A program made the position numbers and the translations under genes. Below the pieces are notes generated by a model. That model was not told the origin of the DNA. It saw nothing but the letters and a program-made list of their open reading frames with translations, and made no database searches. From the NCBI GenBank assembly GCA_025603075.1, contig MU626353.1:4681-68680 (forward strand): DNA of 64,000 nt, read 5' to 3'. Below are positions 27,001 to 37,666 of the stretch, one piece after another. This DNA is from Neoconidiobolus thromboides FSU 785 (Eukaryota; Fungi; Entomophthoromycota). The number at the start of each line of letters is the position of its first letter. The stretch's first letter is position 1.

Positions 27001-27339
27001 GAAACCAATGAGTTGCCTTTATAAAAAAAGCATTAAAATCATATAAAATTTAAATAATAAATTCAATCTTACCCAACTAGGACCAAATTTTCTACCTACA
27101 TCCGTTTCAGCAAAGATATTTTTAATGGCTTCTGAAAATGGAATACGATTTAAATTAGGTACTGGATAATGTTTTATTTGAATGTGTCCTTTTCCGGAGA
27201 TTTTGGATTTGTATAAATAAGGGATTAAGCTAACATCCGTAAATTGATTTCCATCGGATAAAAATAAATCCAATCGGGATTTTGTGATTGAGGCATGTTT
27301 ATGCATCTTTCCAACGTTCTTTACACTTTCCTGATACAT
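24062..27339 (-). CDS. AMS1: Alpha-mannosidase, glycoside hydrolase family 38 (2 exons)
   Basis: Exons 27339-27073 and 27016-24062 (~1073 aa). Motifs GHCHIDTAWLWP, WLPDTFGYSAQLPQ, GELYLELHRGTYTS and NQFHDVLPGSSI. Confidence 0.96.
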
Positions 27340-27698
27340 CTTTCAATTGAAAAATTAGTTTTTGAAAAATGCAAGTTTTGAAATTTTATTCAGTAGAATA
27401 ATGACGTGGGATTTAAATTGACATCATTAATTATTAGGGTCATTTGGGGGTGACTTTAAAACTTAAAAGTTGATATTCTTTTTAAATTTATGTGGAAAGG
27501 AACAATTTTAGTTTTAAAGCAATAATTGCTTTCCTTTGGGCAATAATCTTCGCTATAATAATGCCCAAAATATAAAATAAAGATTAAATAGTATTGAATT
27601 TAAATAATATATTTTTATTGGTGTAATTGTTTGTTATATATTATTATAAAACAATTCAACCTAATCTTTATAATTAATTAATATGCCTTTAATAAACA

Positions 27699-27803
27699 AT
27701 ATGGGAGTGTTTTTTTGGTTTCATTATTTTTTATATCTTTCAAGCACTATTAAGTGGAAAATTTGTTAGTAAAATTCTTAAGCACAAAAATACATCCTCA
27801 TAT
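27699..27803 (+). mobile_element. GGGGATGT-family MITE-like copy
   Basis: Consensus match with ATAT ends. Confidence 0.8.
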
Positions 27804-28677
27804 TATTTATTATAAAAAAACAAAAACGATTTTTTATAATAAATAGCTTTTTCTGATAATGAAATTTTGTTTAAATTATTATAATTATATATATAAGGCA
27901 AAGTAAAATAAACTTTTTATAAAAATTAGTATTTAGTAGCTAAAACTAAAAGCAGTTTAATTAATTGACTATAAATTAAAAGACCTTAGTTTATATAACT
28001 AAGATAAACTTAAATCAATAAGGATAGTTTACAATAAGCTATAAAATAAATAAAACAGAAAACATCACTATAAAATATTGCAAAACTTAATAATTTTATT
28101 AAAAAGTATAATATTTTAATATTTTAAAAGCTTTAAGCTATTGTATTAAGAAAAAATTATATTTTAACTAGATGACTGTGTATAAAAAACATAGCAGTTA
28201 TTTTTTATTGTGATCACTAAATATAAACATTAAAATATAAAAATGGTGTTTTTTGTAATTAAGTGGGAAAGTTTTTTATACCAAAGCTAAATAAAAACTC
28301 TGAATTAATTATACTTGAATTTAAAAATATAATAACTCTTAATAATAAAATTACCTGAAGCTACTTAAATTTATTATATAAATTACAATTAAGTTAATCA
28401 TAAAATTGTAACTAATTTTATAAACACTTTAAGTGGTTATTATGTAATTAAATATAAATGTAGTAAAGCAATATTTCAAACTTTATAATTTTATTTGATA
28501 TTAGTTAATTTATTACAAAATTAACTAATAGGCTGTAAAACTATAATAGTGAGTATAACTAATTAAAAAAATAATCTCAGTCAATAGTTAATTTAGGTTA
28601 TAAAAAATAAAAACTCTAATAAAAATCAGGTATTATAAACAATAATTTAGTGTGGTAATCTAAAATTATAAAATAAA

Positions 28678-29370
28678 ATAAGTTTAAAAACAAAGCAATC
28701 TATTAATAATAAATATAAGGCACTATTTAACTATAATAAAGGTATCATAAAATAATATGAATATAGATATAAATATAAATGCATATTTATAAAAAAAGCA
28801 ATAACATAACTAGAAATAAAACAATTATAAATATAATAGATAAAAATAAAATTATTATAAATTATTTGAGTTTAAAAAAGATAAAACAAGGCGAGTTTAT
28901 AGTTTTAAAGTATTTTATAGTACTTTTATATCTTTTGATTTGAACTTGAGTTAAAAAATTTTAAAGCTTAAACATTCAAGGTTTAGTGTTTTTTATTACT
29001 GCTCACATTTGACATCTTGATTATTTATTAAAAAATCTATAGTGCTTTTAAAAAGCTATTATAACTAAGAAATTGTTTAAATTTAAAAACAAACATACTC
29101 TAAATTTCAAAAAACATGATAATATTAGATTACCTTTTTGTTAGACTGCTATTTTAATATTTGAAAATTGCAAGACTTTATTTTATTCCCAAAAATAATC
29201 TGATAAAGTATTTATATTAATGTGTCTAAAAAGATATTGAAACAGTTCAAGTATATTAGTGAGGTTGATTTACCATTTTATATATATCTTTGATTGCGTT
29301 TACTATGGACGGCGAAAGCAATATCATTTATGCTTTTAGTGCTTCCGTTACTAATGATCTTTGGCATTAA
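28678..29370 (+). pseudogene. Pseudogene of the tubby/LURP-like family (closest to 61100..61762)
   Basis: Start codon mutated ATG>ATA. Frames read LFEFKKDKTRRVYSFKV...KILKLK and LKQFKYISEVDLPFYISLIAFTMDG, versus MFDFKNNQTGETYNFKV...EILKLK and LKQFKYIDEVDLPIYLIFLVTLTMDA in the intact gene. Many stops. Confidence 0.8.
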
Positions 29371-29778
29371 TAATAAATCTAAATATTTTTTTAAACATTT
29401 TTTTAAACATAATACTATGAGATACATCTTTTAGAACTTTTCGACTCATTTTTTGGTTCAAAGTTGTATAGAGACGATAACATTATCATAGCTATAGTCT
29501 CAACAATATATATTAGGTCCAGATGTAAAGTAAATATTCTAAACTGTTGCTTGGTTTGTCTATCTTGTCACTTTTTCTATCTAAACTGTAGCCGCTTTTC
29601 AATCATTGTATATCTGAATTTAATAACTAAATATTTATAATAAAAATTAAAGACGCTGAACAAGATTGAATAAAAACAAAACACCAATAGGTTTAAAATT
29701 TATTAGATATTTAATTATTAGAATAAAAACACTATACTATTTAATATTTCTTACACTATATCTTTAGTTTTTGATTAC

Positions 29779-31209
29779 CTATTCCCTTACATTTTCAGAT
29801 AATCTTTCAGTTACATCTTTTGGCAATATAGTATCGGGTTCAAAAATACTCCCTTTAAACATACAACAACTATCACATAGAGAAACATATTTTCTAGCAT
29901 GTTTGAAGTAATGCTCACAATGCTGACCATCCCCAATTTTGTTTTGGACTTTTATTATATTCTTAATAACATCTGAATTTTCACCATGTGCTAATTTATT
30001 GACTCCAGATTTTAAGGCATTGAAAAATAATTCAATTGGGCTTAAGAACACTGAATATTCAGGTAGTTTTAATATAAATGAAAACGAAGATCTAATGGCT
30101 TCTTTTAGCTGATCAGAAATGGCGTGAGTATTTGTACTGTTAAACACATAGACAATCTGTTTATGTCTATTTTTCGAATATAAATCATACATAAAGTAAT
30201 CAAAATCTTCTTGGTTACTGGTGTTGGTTTTTGTCTTATCAACTATTCTATAACTTACAATCCCAAATTCTGATATAGCCCCAATATAATTAACGCTTTT
30301 AAGGGTTGATCCTGGCGTCAAAATAATTCTCTGTCCTTCAGATCCATCTTCATTTTGATTAATAGTATGACGATTAAAATAAACCTCATCAATATAAATA
30401 AATTCGCGCGGCAGTAATCTTTTGTATTCTTCAGCATATCGTTTTCTTTTTAAAATCATTTCCTTGTCATTCCATATGTTTCGAATTTGAGCACTTTGCT
30501 TATAAGTAATATCCAGCTTATTTTTAATATTACATATTGTAGTTTTGGATATATCTATCTGCTTTTTTAATAAAAAGTCCCTTATGTGTTTTATCATGGT
30601 ATCATGATTTCTTGATATATAATCATAGATAAGGTCGGTAGTTTCTTCATTTACTTTTTTATAATTACCATATTTCCTTAAATCACCAAGATCAAGATTA
30701 AGAGCCATCTTCTTCTTTTTTCTATAGACCCTTGCTATAAAAGCCTCATACTTTATATTTAACAAGTCGGCACCAAGTTTAGACGAAATCTTCCCATCCA
30801 AAACGTTTTCAAAAATCAAGTCGGCGTTGATTTTCTTAGCTAATTTATCATCTGGCTCTTCTGCTTTCTTTTTACGCTTTGATAACTTTACTTTTCCTAA
30901 TCTAGATGATTTATTAAATTCAATCATCTCTTTATTGATATCAGTTATCATTCTCTTCAGCTTATTGTACTTTTCTTCAAGTTCAGGATTTGTACTAAAT
31001 AGCCTCAAAGTCTCAGATTTAGTAAGAACACTAGTGCTATCTCCATTATATAACTTTAATTCGCTAATATCCCCTCTACTTATGACAACTAGCTCATTAC
31101 CTGGAATGCTACATTCGTTATTTCCATTATCAAATTGATTCCCATCATTTAACTGGCTATTATCTTCAACTTCGTTAACATTGTCAATAAGCTTCCTAAT
31201 TTCATCCAT
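29779..31209 (-). CDS. IS630/Tc1-mariner (DDE_3) transposase-derived protein with second catalytic Asp replaced (D-N35E), copy A
   Basis: 476-aa intact ORF with HTH-like regions, FIYIDE, IVYVFNSTNTH (canonical MDNA..H) and LPEYSVFLSPIE (canonical LPPYSPxLNPIE). No TIRs seen. Confidence 0.85.
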   Translation of the reverse strand: MDEIRKLIDNVNEVEDNSQLNDGNQFDNGNNECSIPGNELVVISRGDISELKLYNGDSTSVLTKSETLRLFSTNPELEEKYNKLKRMITDINKEMIEFNKSSRLGKVKLSKRKKKAEEPDDKLAKKINADLIFENVLDGKISSKLGADLLNIKYEAFIARVYRKKKKMALNLDLGDLRKYGNYKKVNEETTDLIYDYISRNHDTMIKHIRDFLLKKQIDISKTTICNIKNKLDITYKQSAQIRNIWNDKEMILKRKRYAEEYKRLLPREFIYIDEVYFNRHTINQNEDGSEGQRIILTPGSTLKSVNYIGAISEFGIVSYRIVDKTKTNTSNQEDFDYFMYDLYSKNRHKQIVYVFNSTNTHAISDQLKEAIRSSFSFILKLPEYSVFLSPIELFFNALKSGVNKLAHGENSDVIKNIIKVQNKIGDGQHCEHYFKHARKYVSLCDSCCMFKGSIFEPDTILPKDVTERLSENVRE

Positions 31210-31276
31210 TATAAACTTAAAAAATAAAAGGATTTTTTATTTATTTTCCGAATATAATATTTGAATCGATAGAGAA

Positions 31277-31312
31277 CTATTTAAATTACGTAATCGTTGC
31301 ATTTAAATGAAG
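31277..31312 (-). promoter_or_regulatory. Conserved upstream block of transposase-derived gene A (TATA-like plus TTACGTAA palindrome)
   Basis: CTATTTAAATTACGTAA..CATTTAAATGAA is shared with the block upstream of copy B (35987..36022) at equivalent distance from the ATG. Confidence 0.5.
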
Positions 31313-31884
31313 CAAATGATCTGTTAAAATATTAGCTTTAACCCAAACGAAATTTGCAATAAGATTTCGAATTAAATGAATTGCATGTAAAGATAACAAT
31401 TTCATTATTCACTCACCTATAAAGATCGAAGGTTTAGGACTAGGTGTGAAATTCTATCAGGTCTTTAGAACTTTAAAGCTTACTAATATGCTTGGCTGAT
31501 AAAAGGAAGCCAAAAGAATTCTAACCAAGGAATATACATTATCAATTAAAAGTATATGCACTGTAATCTAGAATTTAGAAAAATGAGTTTATAAATAAAA
31601 AGACTTATTAATAACGTATATGAAGTATCACCTAGCTATAAAGATATACTGGGTAGTAGCAAAAGTATCAGAGCATACTTATAAGAGGTAGTAATATGAC
31701 TGAAAATGGAACAATATTTAAATACTCAACAAAATTTTACTATAAAACAATTTGATTTTTAGCTTAAATATGTTTTTACATTAATTGTTTACCTAATTTT
31801 AATTGTTTATTGAAAAAATTTATGTTAAAAGTGTAGTAACCATAGTTTTCTCAGAGGCAATTTGTTGAAATAGTGTAATACTTT

Positions 31885-31987
31885 ATATGGAGATGTATTT
31901 TTGTGTTTAGAAGTTTTACTAACAATCTTTCCACTCAAATAGTGCTTAAAAGATAGAAAAAGTGATGAAGACAAAACACTCCTATAT
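31885..31987 (-). mobile_element. GGGGATGT-family MITE-like copy
   Basis: Reverse consensus match with ATAT ends. Confidence 0.8.
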
Positions 31988-32423
31988 GTTTAAGTTTAAG
32001 CTCAAATTTAATTCTTTATTCAGATTTTAGCTTAAGTTTTTATTTGGAGTTACTTCGTTTGAAAATAATAATTCAACAATAGAACTTGATTAGGAAATTG
32101 AAGGGCGGCATGCAGCGGTAAACCTACGTAAAAAACATGTGTAACAAATGAGCTAGAACTTTGTCACTAAAAGCTCAAACCTAGTCAAGCCCAATGTTAA
32201 ATAAACCCTTATAATTTTATTTGAAATTAATTAATCCAATTAATATTAATTAAATGAGTAGTTTAATCGCAATTGATGGTAGGAATTAGTTAAAGAAGTA
32301 GGTTCATTAATAGTTTATTTGGCCAACAAAAAGAAGCCTAAGGTGTTCTAATTAAGAATACAAATACTAGAGTTAAAGACATAAAAGATAAAGCTAAAAA
32401 AGCAGAAATTTAGAGATAGCAAA

Positions 32424-33058
32424 ATGAGTCTAAAAATAAAAAAGACGTCTTAATAGTGGATACAAAACACACTCTTTCTATAATGAGGCACTCGAGAAGG
32501 ATAAAAGTATTAATGCACACTTACAAGGAAGTATAAACATGGTTAGATATGAAACAACTACATACACAATAAATAAAAATGGGCTTATCACAAGATCATT
32601 TGAATTTATAGTTTTGAAGTGTCTTTTAATACTTTAAAATATCTCGATTTATACTTAGGTCAAGATATATTAGAATCAAAATATCAAAAGTTTGGGCTTA
32701 CTATTGTTAGTACTACTTAAGATCTTATTTATTATGAAAAATCCCAGAACGCCACCACCAAAAGGTTACCATGGTTAAGGAAGGTTTTGAGTTTAGAGAT
32801 ACATATACTTTAAATCTTAAAAAACACGATAATAGTATGGTAACTTTTTATTGGAGTTATGATTTGTTAGAAACAAGTAGACTTAGTTTCTAAAAACAAC
32901 TGTTATTTGAATGAAATATTTAAAATTTTAAAAAAAATACTTTAAGATAGTTTAAGTATACTGATGAAGTCGATTTACTTGTCTACTTTGTATCTTTAGC
33001 TACCCTTATTATAGATATTAAGACTAAATCTTCTCTAGCTACTACTTTTATTAATTAA
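32424..33058 (+). pseudogene. Full-length pseudogene of the tubby/LURP-like family (copy of 61100..61762)
   Basis: ATG AGT CTA start. Frames read FYNEALEKDKSINAHLQGSINMVRYETTTYTINKNG, MVKEGFEFRDTYTLNLKKHDNSM and KKNTLR*FKYTDEVDL, colinear with 61100..61762. Contains stops and frameshifts. Confidence 0.85.
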
Positions 33059-33211
33059 TTTTAATAACTTATCTATATATTAATTTTTGTATGTATTAAA
33101 AACAGACGTGATAACTTACATTTAGTTTCAAATTCTTTCAATTCTCTTTCTTAACATTATCATACCAACTTTATAGCTTATCATCATAAGGGAAGTTTTC
33201 AAAGTTTGAAG

Positions 33212-33826
33212 TTATGCAACTAAATGGTTTCTCCTCTTTACTGTTTTTGAATTATTTAATACAATCGTTGAAGTAAACAACAATATTTACAGATCATATT
33301 CGTCAACAGTTATATGCTGATTTACCACATTCGTTGAAAATAAATGAAATTTGAACCCTAAAATCAAATAATACTTATTATTAAACATATTCCAATCAGT
33401 CACATATTTACTTCTTTCCCATCTAGACTCTGTCGTTTTATTCTAATGATCGATTAAGTAAATACAAAATACTAGTTTATTACAAATGGTTTTATTATTT
33501 AGCTTAATGGCCGAATATTTATTGGTATTAATGAAGCAAATGATTTCCCATGTTGTAGAAAAAGTCAGAGATTACACTTTTTTAGCTTCAAAACAGTGGT
33601 GATTGAAATGCTCCAAAATTCTCCTGATCTGATGCCTGCCTTGCTAGTGTATTTCGCTCCCTTATCTTTTCTAAGTTGAATTGTTTTTCGCTAAAGCCAG
33701 TTGTTTTTATTGTGTAAATTTTGGCTTTAGTTTGATTCTCGCGATTGTTAACAGGTATCAAAGCTGGTGTATCTGCTTCCTTACAACTTTATTGTAGGCT
33801 AGTGGGGTCACTAATTCATTTGTCAT
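33212..33826 (-). pseudogene. Pseudogene of the tubby/LURP-like family
   Basis: MTNELVTPLAYNKVV..., TTVLKLKK, TFSTTWEI and DWNMFNNKYYLILGFKFHLFSTNVVNQHITVDEYDL*ILLFTSTIVL align to the family C-terminus (NNWTLFDSQNQPLLEY...IDEVDLPIYLIFLV). Several stops. Confidence 0.7.
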
Positions 33827-34469
33827 TTTTATAGTTAGTCTTAAGTTTACTTGGCTTACCTTATATACTCTTTTTTAGGGTTTCCTATTAGAAGTTTCAA
33901 TTTCTTTATTTGTCGATTTTTAAGTTGTACTATAAACCTACTGCAATATAAGAATGGGTGTTATCAATTTTAGTGTTATGGAATTTGATAGTTGTGTTGT
34001 AATAGTAACATTTTAGTATTATTTCTAAAAAATAGTCACTATAGCACACCATTCGATATTTATATTTTATTATTACTAGGAAGAGTAATCTAAAGATAAC
34101 TATTAAAAGGTAGATTAAATAATTCATAAAGTAATCTTATTATATATAAAGAGTAGTGATTAAATTATACAAAAATAACTACTCCATTATACCTATAGCT
34201 TCAGCTCTTACAAATTGTGTTTAGAGTAAATTAAATACTTCAACTTGCCATTTGTTTTATTGATCTTGCTACTTGTTCTATTTGAATCTACTCCTTTTTC
34301 AAGCATCATGTACCTAAGCTTTACAATTTGATATTGTAATAAGAAATCAAAAATGAAATGAAATGAAATAGAAACAAATAAAATTGATAACTTTAAAATT
34401 TAATAAACTCATTTATTAATAAAGCATGAATAATCTTATACTAAATCTCACTCAGGTATTCATGCTTTG

Positions 34470-35918
34470 CTAATTTTTGTTTAACAACTCACTTACATTT
34501 TCAACTGATCCTTCTGGCTGATCTTTTGGTAACAAAGTATTGGGTTTAAAAATATTCCCTTTAAGCATACAACAATTTTCGCATGCAGAAATATAACTTT
34601 TTGCATGTTTGAAGTAACCATCACAATGCTGAATATCCCCAACTTTATCCTGAACTTCTAATATACTTCTAATAATATCTGAATTTTCATCGTATGGTAG
34701 GTCATTAATTCCAGCTTTTAATGCATTAAAAAACAATTCAATTGGGCTCAAAAACACAGAATATTCGGGTAAAGTTAATATATATGAATTAGAGGACTTA
34801 ATCGATTTTTTTAGAGCATTAGAAACTACATGGGTATTTGCACTATTAAATACATAGACGATTTGTTTATCGCTATTTTTTGAATACAAATTATCCATGA
34901 AGTCATCAAAGTCATCTTGATTATTGTTAATAGTTTTCGTTTTATCAACTATTTTATAACTTTCAATCCCAGATTCCGATACAGCTCCAATATAGTTAAC
35001 GCTCTTGGGAGTGGACTCTGGCGTTAAGATGTATTTTTGTCCTCTGAATATACCATCTTCGCTTTCGTTGATAGTATGACGATTAAAATAAACCTCATCA
35101 ATATAAATAAACTTATATTTCATTAATTTCTTGTATTCTTCGATAAATAATTTTCTTTTTAAGATTATTCCTTTATCATTCCACATCTTTGAAACCTGGG
35201 CTGCTTGCTTATAGGTAATATCAAGCTTATGCTTAATTCTACTTAACGTAGCTTTGGATATATCTATTTGCTTTGTTAATAAAAAATGTCTTACTTGCAA
35301 TAACGTGGTATCATGGTTTCTTGATATAAAGTCATAGATGAGGCCGTTTGTTTCTTCATTTGCTTTTTTATTCTTCCCATTCTTTCTTAAATCATTAACT
35401 TCAACGCTTTCAGTCATCTTCTGTTTAGTTCTACAAACCCTTTTATGAAAAGTATTATAACTTAGGCCTAGTATATCGGCACCAGTTCTAATTGAAATTT
35501 TTCCATCCAAAACACTTTTAAAAACTAAATCGTCACCAATCTTTTTGGTTAGTTTATTGTCCTGCTTCTCTAATTTCTTTTTACGTTTCAATATCTTTGT
35601 TTTTTCTGATCCAAATAAATCATTAAATTCACGCATTTCTTTATTGATATCAGCTACCATTCTCTTTAATTTAGTATACTTTTCGCTAAGCTTGGGATTT
35701 GTACTCAATAGCTTCGAAGCCTCAGATTTGCTAAGAACATCGGAGCCGTTTTCACTATATAACTTCAATCCATCAATTTTCTCTCCAGTTGAAATATCTA
35801 CTCCATGAACTGGGATGTTATCCTCACTACCTCCATCATCAAATTGGTTCTGGTCAGATACTTGGTTAGAATTCAAGATTTTGTCAATATTATTTGTAGG
35901 CTTGGTATTATCTTCCAT
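34470..35918 (-). CDS. IS630/Tc1-mariner (DDE_3) transposase-derived protein (D-N35E), copy B
   Basis: Intact ORF of ~482 aa from the ATG at 35918, which is homologous to the copy A start (the ORF-track start at 35963 is TTG). Motifs FIYIDE, IVYVFNSANTH and LPEYSVFLSPIE. Confidence 0.85.
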   Translation of the reverse strand: MEDNTKPTNNIDKILNSNQVSDQNQFDDGGSEDNIPVHGVDISTGEKIDGLKLYSENGSDVLSKSEASKLLSTNPKLSEKYTKLKRMVADINKEMREFNDLFGSEKTKILKRKKKLEKQDNKLTKKIGDDLVFKSVLDGKISIRTGADILGLSYNTFHKRVCRTKQKMTESVEVNDLRKNGKNKKANEETNGLIYDFISRNHDTTLLQVRHFLLTKQIDISKATLSRIKHKLDITYKQAAQVSKMWNDKGIILKRKLFIEEYKKLMKYKFIYIDEVYFNRHTINESEDGIFRGQKYILTPESTPKSVNYIGAVSESGIESYKIVDKTKTINNNQDDFDDFMDNLYSKNSDKQIVYVFNSANTHVVSNALKKSIKSSNSYILTLPEYSVFLSPIELFFNALKAGINDLPYDENSDIIRSILEVQDKVGDIQHCDGYFKHAKSYISACENCCMLKGNIFKPNTLLPKDQPEGSVENVSELLNKN

Positions 35919-35986
35919 TATGAAATTTTCATAAATAAAAAGATTGTCATTTATTTTTCTCAAACAACTTTTGAATCAACAAAAAC

Positions 35987-36022
35987 CTATTTAAATTACG
36001 TAACCATCACATTTAAATGAAA
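35987..36022 (-). promoter_or_regulatory. Conserved upstream block of transposase-derived gene B
   Basis: Exact 17-bp CTATTTAAATTACGTAA plus CATTTAAATGAA, shared with 31277..31312. Confidence 0.5.
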
Positions 36023-36747
36023 CAGCTGATAAATTGTAAATATTTGGGGATATTTTTTCTACTTAAAAAGTTTACTAACAAATTATCTAACTTCATTTTA
36101 TTAAAAAGTGGACAAAGATATACAATAAAAAAGGCGCTCTCATTTCCTTTACATTGATGAAAATTTTCAGATTAAAACTTTAAAATGATATATAAAATTG
36201 ACAAATTGCCCTTATTTATTATAAAAAACTATATAAATTGTCATAAAAAGATATAATTTATTAAAGTTATAAATTTTTTATTCAGCTTTAGTACCACTAT
36301 TTTTAAAAAAACTGCGAAGTCTTTTGTAAAGGCGTCTAAAGCTTTTATAAGCATCTAAGGTAATATGATTTAAAAGAAAAAGAATTGAGATAATGGATAT
36401 TAACAAACATGTTAAAATTACTTTTTATTAACCTTGGTTTTTGTATTAATAACATTAAAAATTTTAATTTTAATGCTAAACAAAATGGTTAAAATGAGCC
36501 TTTTCAAGCTTCTAAAATTCAAATTTTGTCCTTATATTAAAGACTTATATAAAAATTAATATAAAAGTTACTTACCTTGCTTATCATTTAAATATATATG
36601 TCGATTTTTAAAAAAATTTGCTATATGAGTTATTTTTTATTTGATTTAATAAAGTAAATAAATAAATTTTAAAAGTTATACTGAATAACTTTATAATAAA
36701 ACTATCTTTGTAAAAGTAAAATGAAATGATAGGAATTAAATAAAAAT

Positions 36748-37095
36748 ATTTTGGGATATTTTTTTGGCTTCATTACTTTTTCCCTTCTTTAAGCCCTATT
36801 TGACCAAAAAGATTATTAATAAAATTCTTAAAATACATTGTTTATTAACTGTAAGAATTAAGCTAAGATGCTATTTATTAAAGCATATTTGTAATACCTG
36901 ATTAAAAATTTTAATATGACCAGATTAAATCAGTATACGCAAATTTATAAAGGCAAGTATTTGTATTAAAATAATAAAGCTTTGATTTAATAATATATAG
37001 GGATGTATTTTTTTAAGAATTTTACTAACAATCTTTGGACTCAAATAGCGCTTAAAAAAACGGAAAGTAATGAAACTAAAAAAACATCCCCGTAT
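36748..37095. mobile_element. Two GGGGATGT-family copies (36748-36840 plus, 36995-37095 minus); a further fragment lies at ~36042-36085
   Basis: Consensus matches. Confidence 0.75.
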
Positions 37096-37666
37096 ATTAG
37101 AGGAGGTTTTGAAATATATATTAATATTTTTTACAATTAAAAATTATTACTAAAGCATTTCAGTATTAAGTTTTTTAATAATTAAAAATCAAATATACAT
37201 ATCGGCAAGATTTTTTTATACCTTTTGCTAAAAGTCAATAATATTGCATTTTTATAATGTTATAATATAAGATTTAAAAATAGTAAGTTGGAAATCATTT
37301 TAAATTATCTCCACAAATTTTATAATTGTCTGTGCTCTCTTTACTAAGATCTATTATTTTGAAAATACCCCCGTATAAACCATAAACACCTCATAAAATG
37401 ATGTTTAATTTTAAGTCCTTCTGACGAAACTTATAAAGTCTATTATTCATTGTAAATTGCTATTTCTGTGATCGACTACTATTTAAACTCATTAAATTTA
37501 TTAATCAATTATATAAAGTTCATAAAACTAAACTGTAATTTCTACAACAACAATTTATTACAAGACGTAGGAGAAGATAAAACTTAACTTATTTAAAAAC
37601 AGGATAAGATTTGGAATTAAATAAATAGCATGCAAAAAGATCTAAAATTCGATTCCTTATCCCTTT

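Noticed and set aside
29779-35918. Fanzor/TnpB (OMEGA) nuclease associated with the IS630/Tc1-like genes
   Set aside because: No RuvC or zinc-finger TnpB-like ORF was found nearby; the flanking relics translate as tubby-like pseudogenes.
35919-35963. 15-aa N-terminal extension of copy B in the ORF track
   Set aside because: It starts at TTG, and the region aligns with the 5' untranslated region of copy A; the homologous ATG is at 35918.
30827-36020. Plus-strand ORFs 30827..31138, 35545..35808 and 35805..36020
   Set aside because: Antisense shadows of the transposase-derived ORFs.
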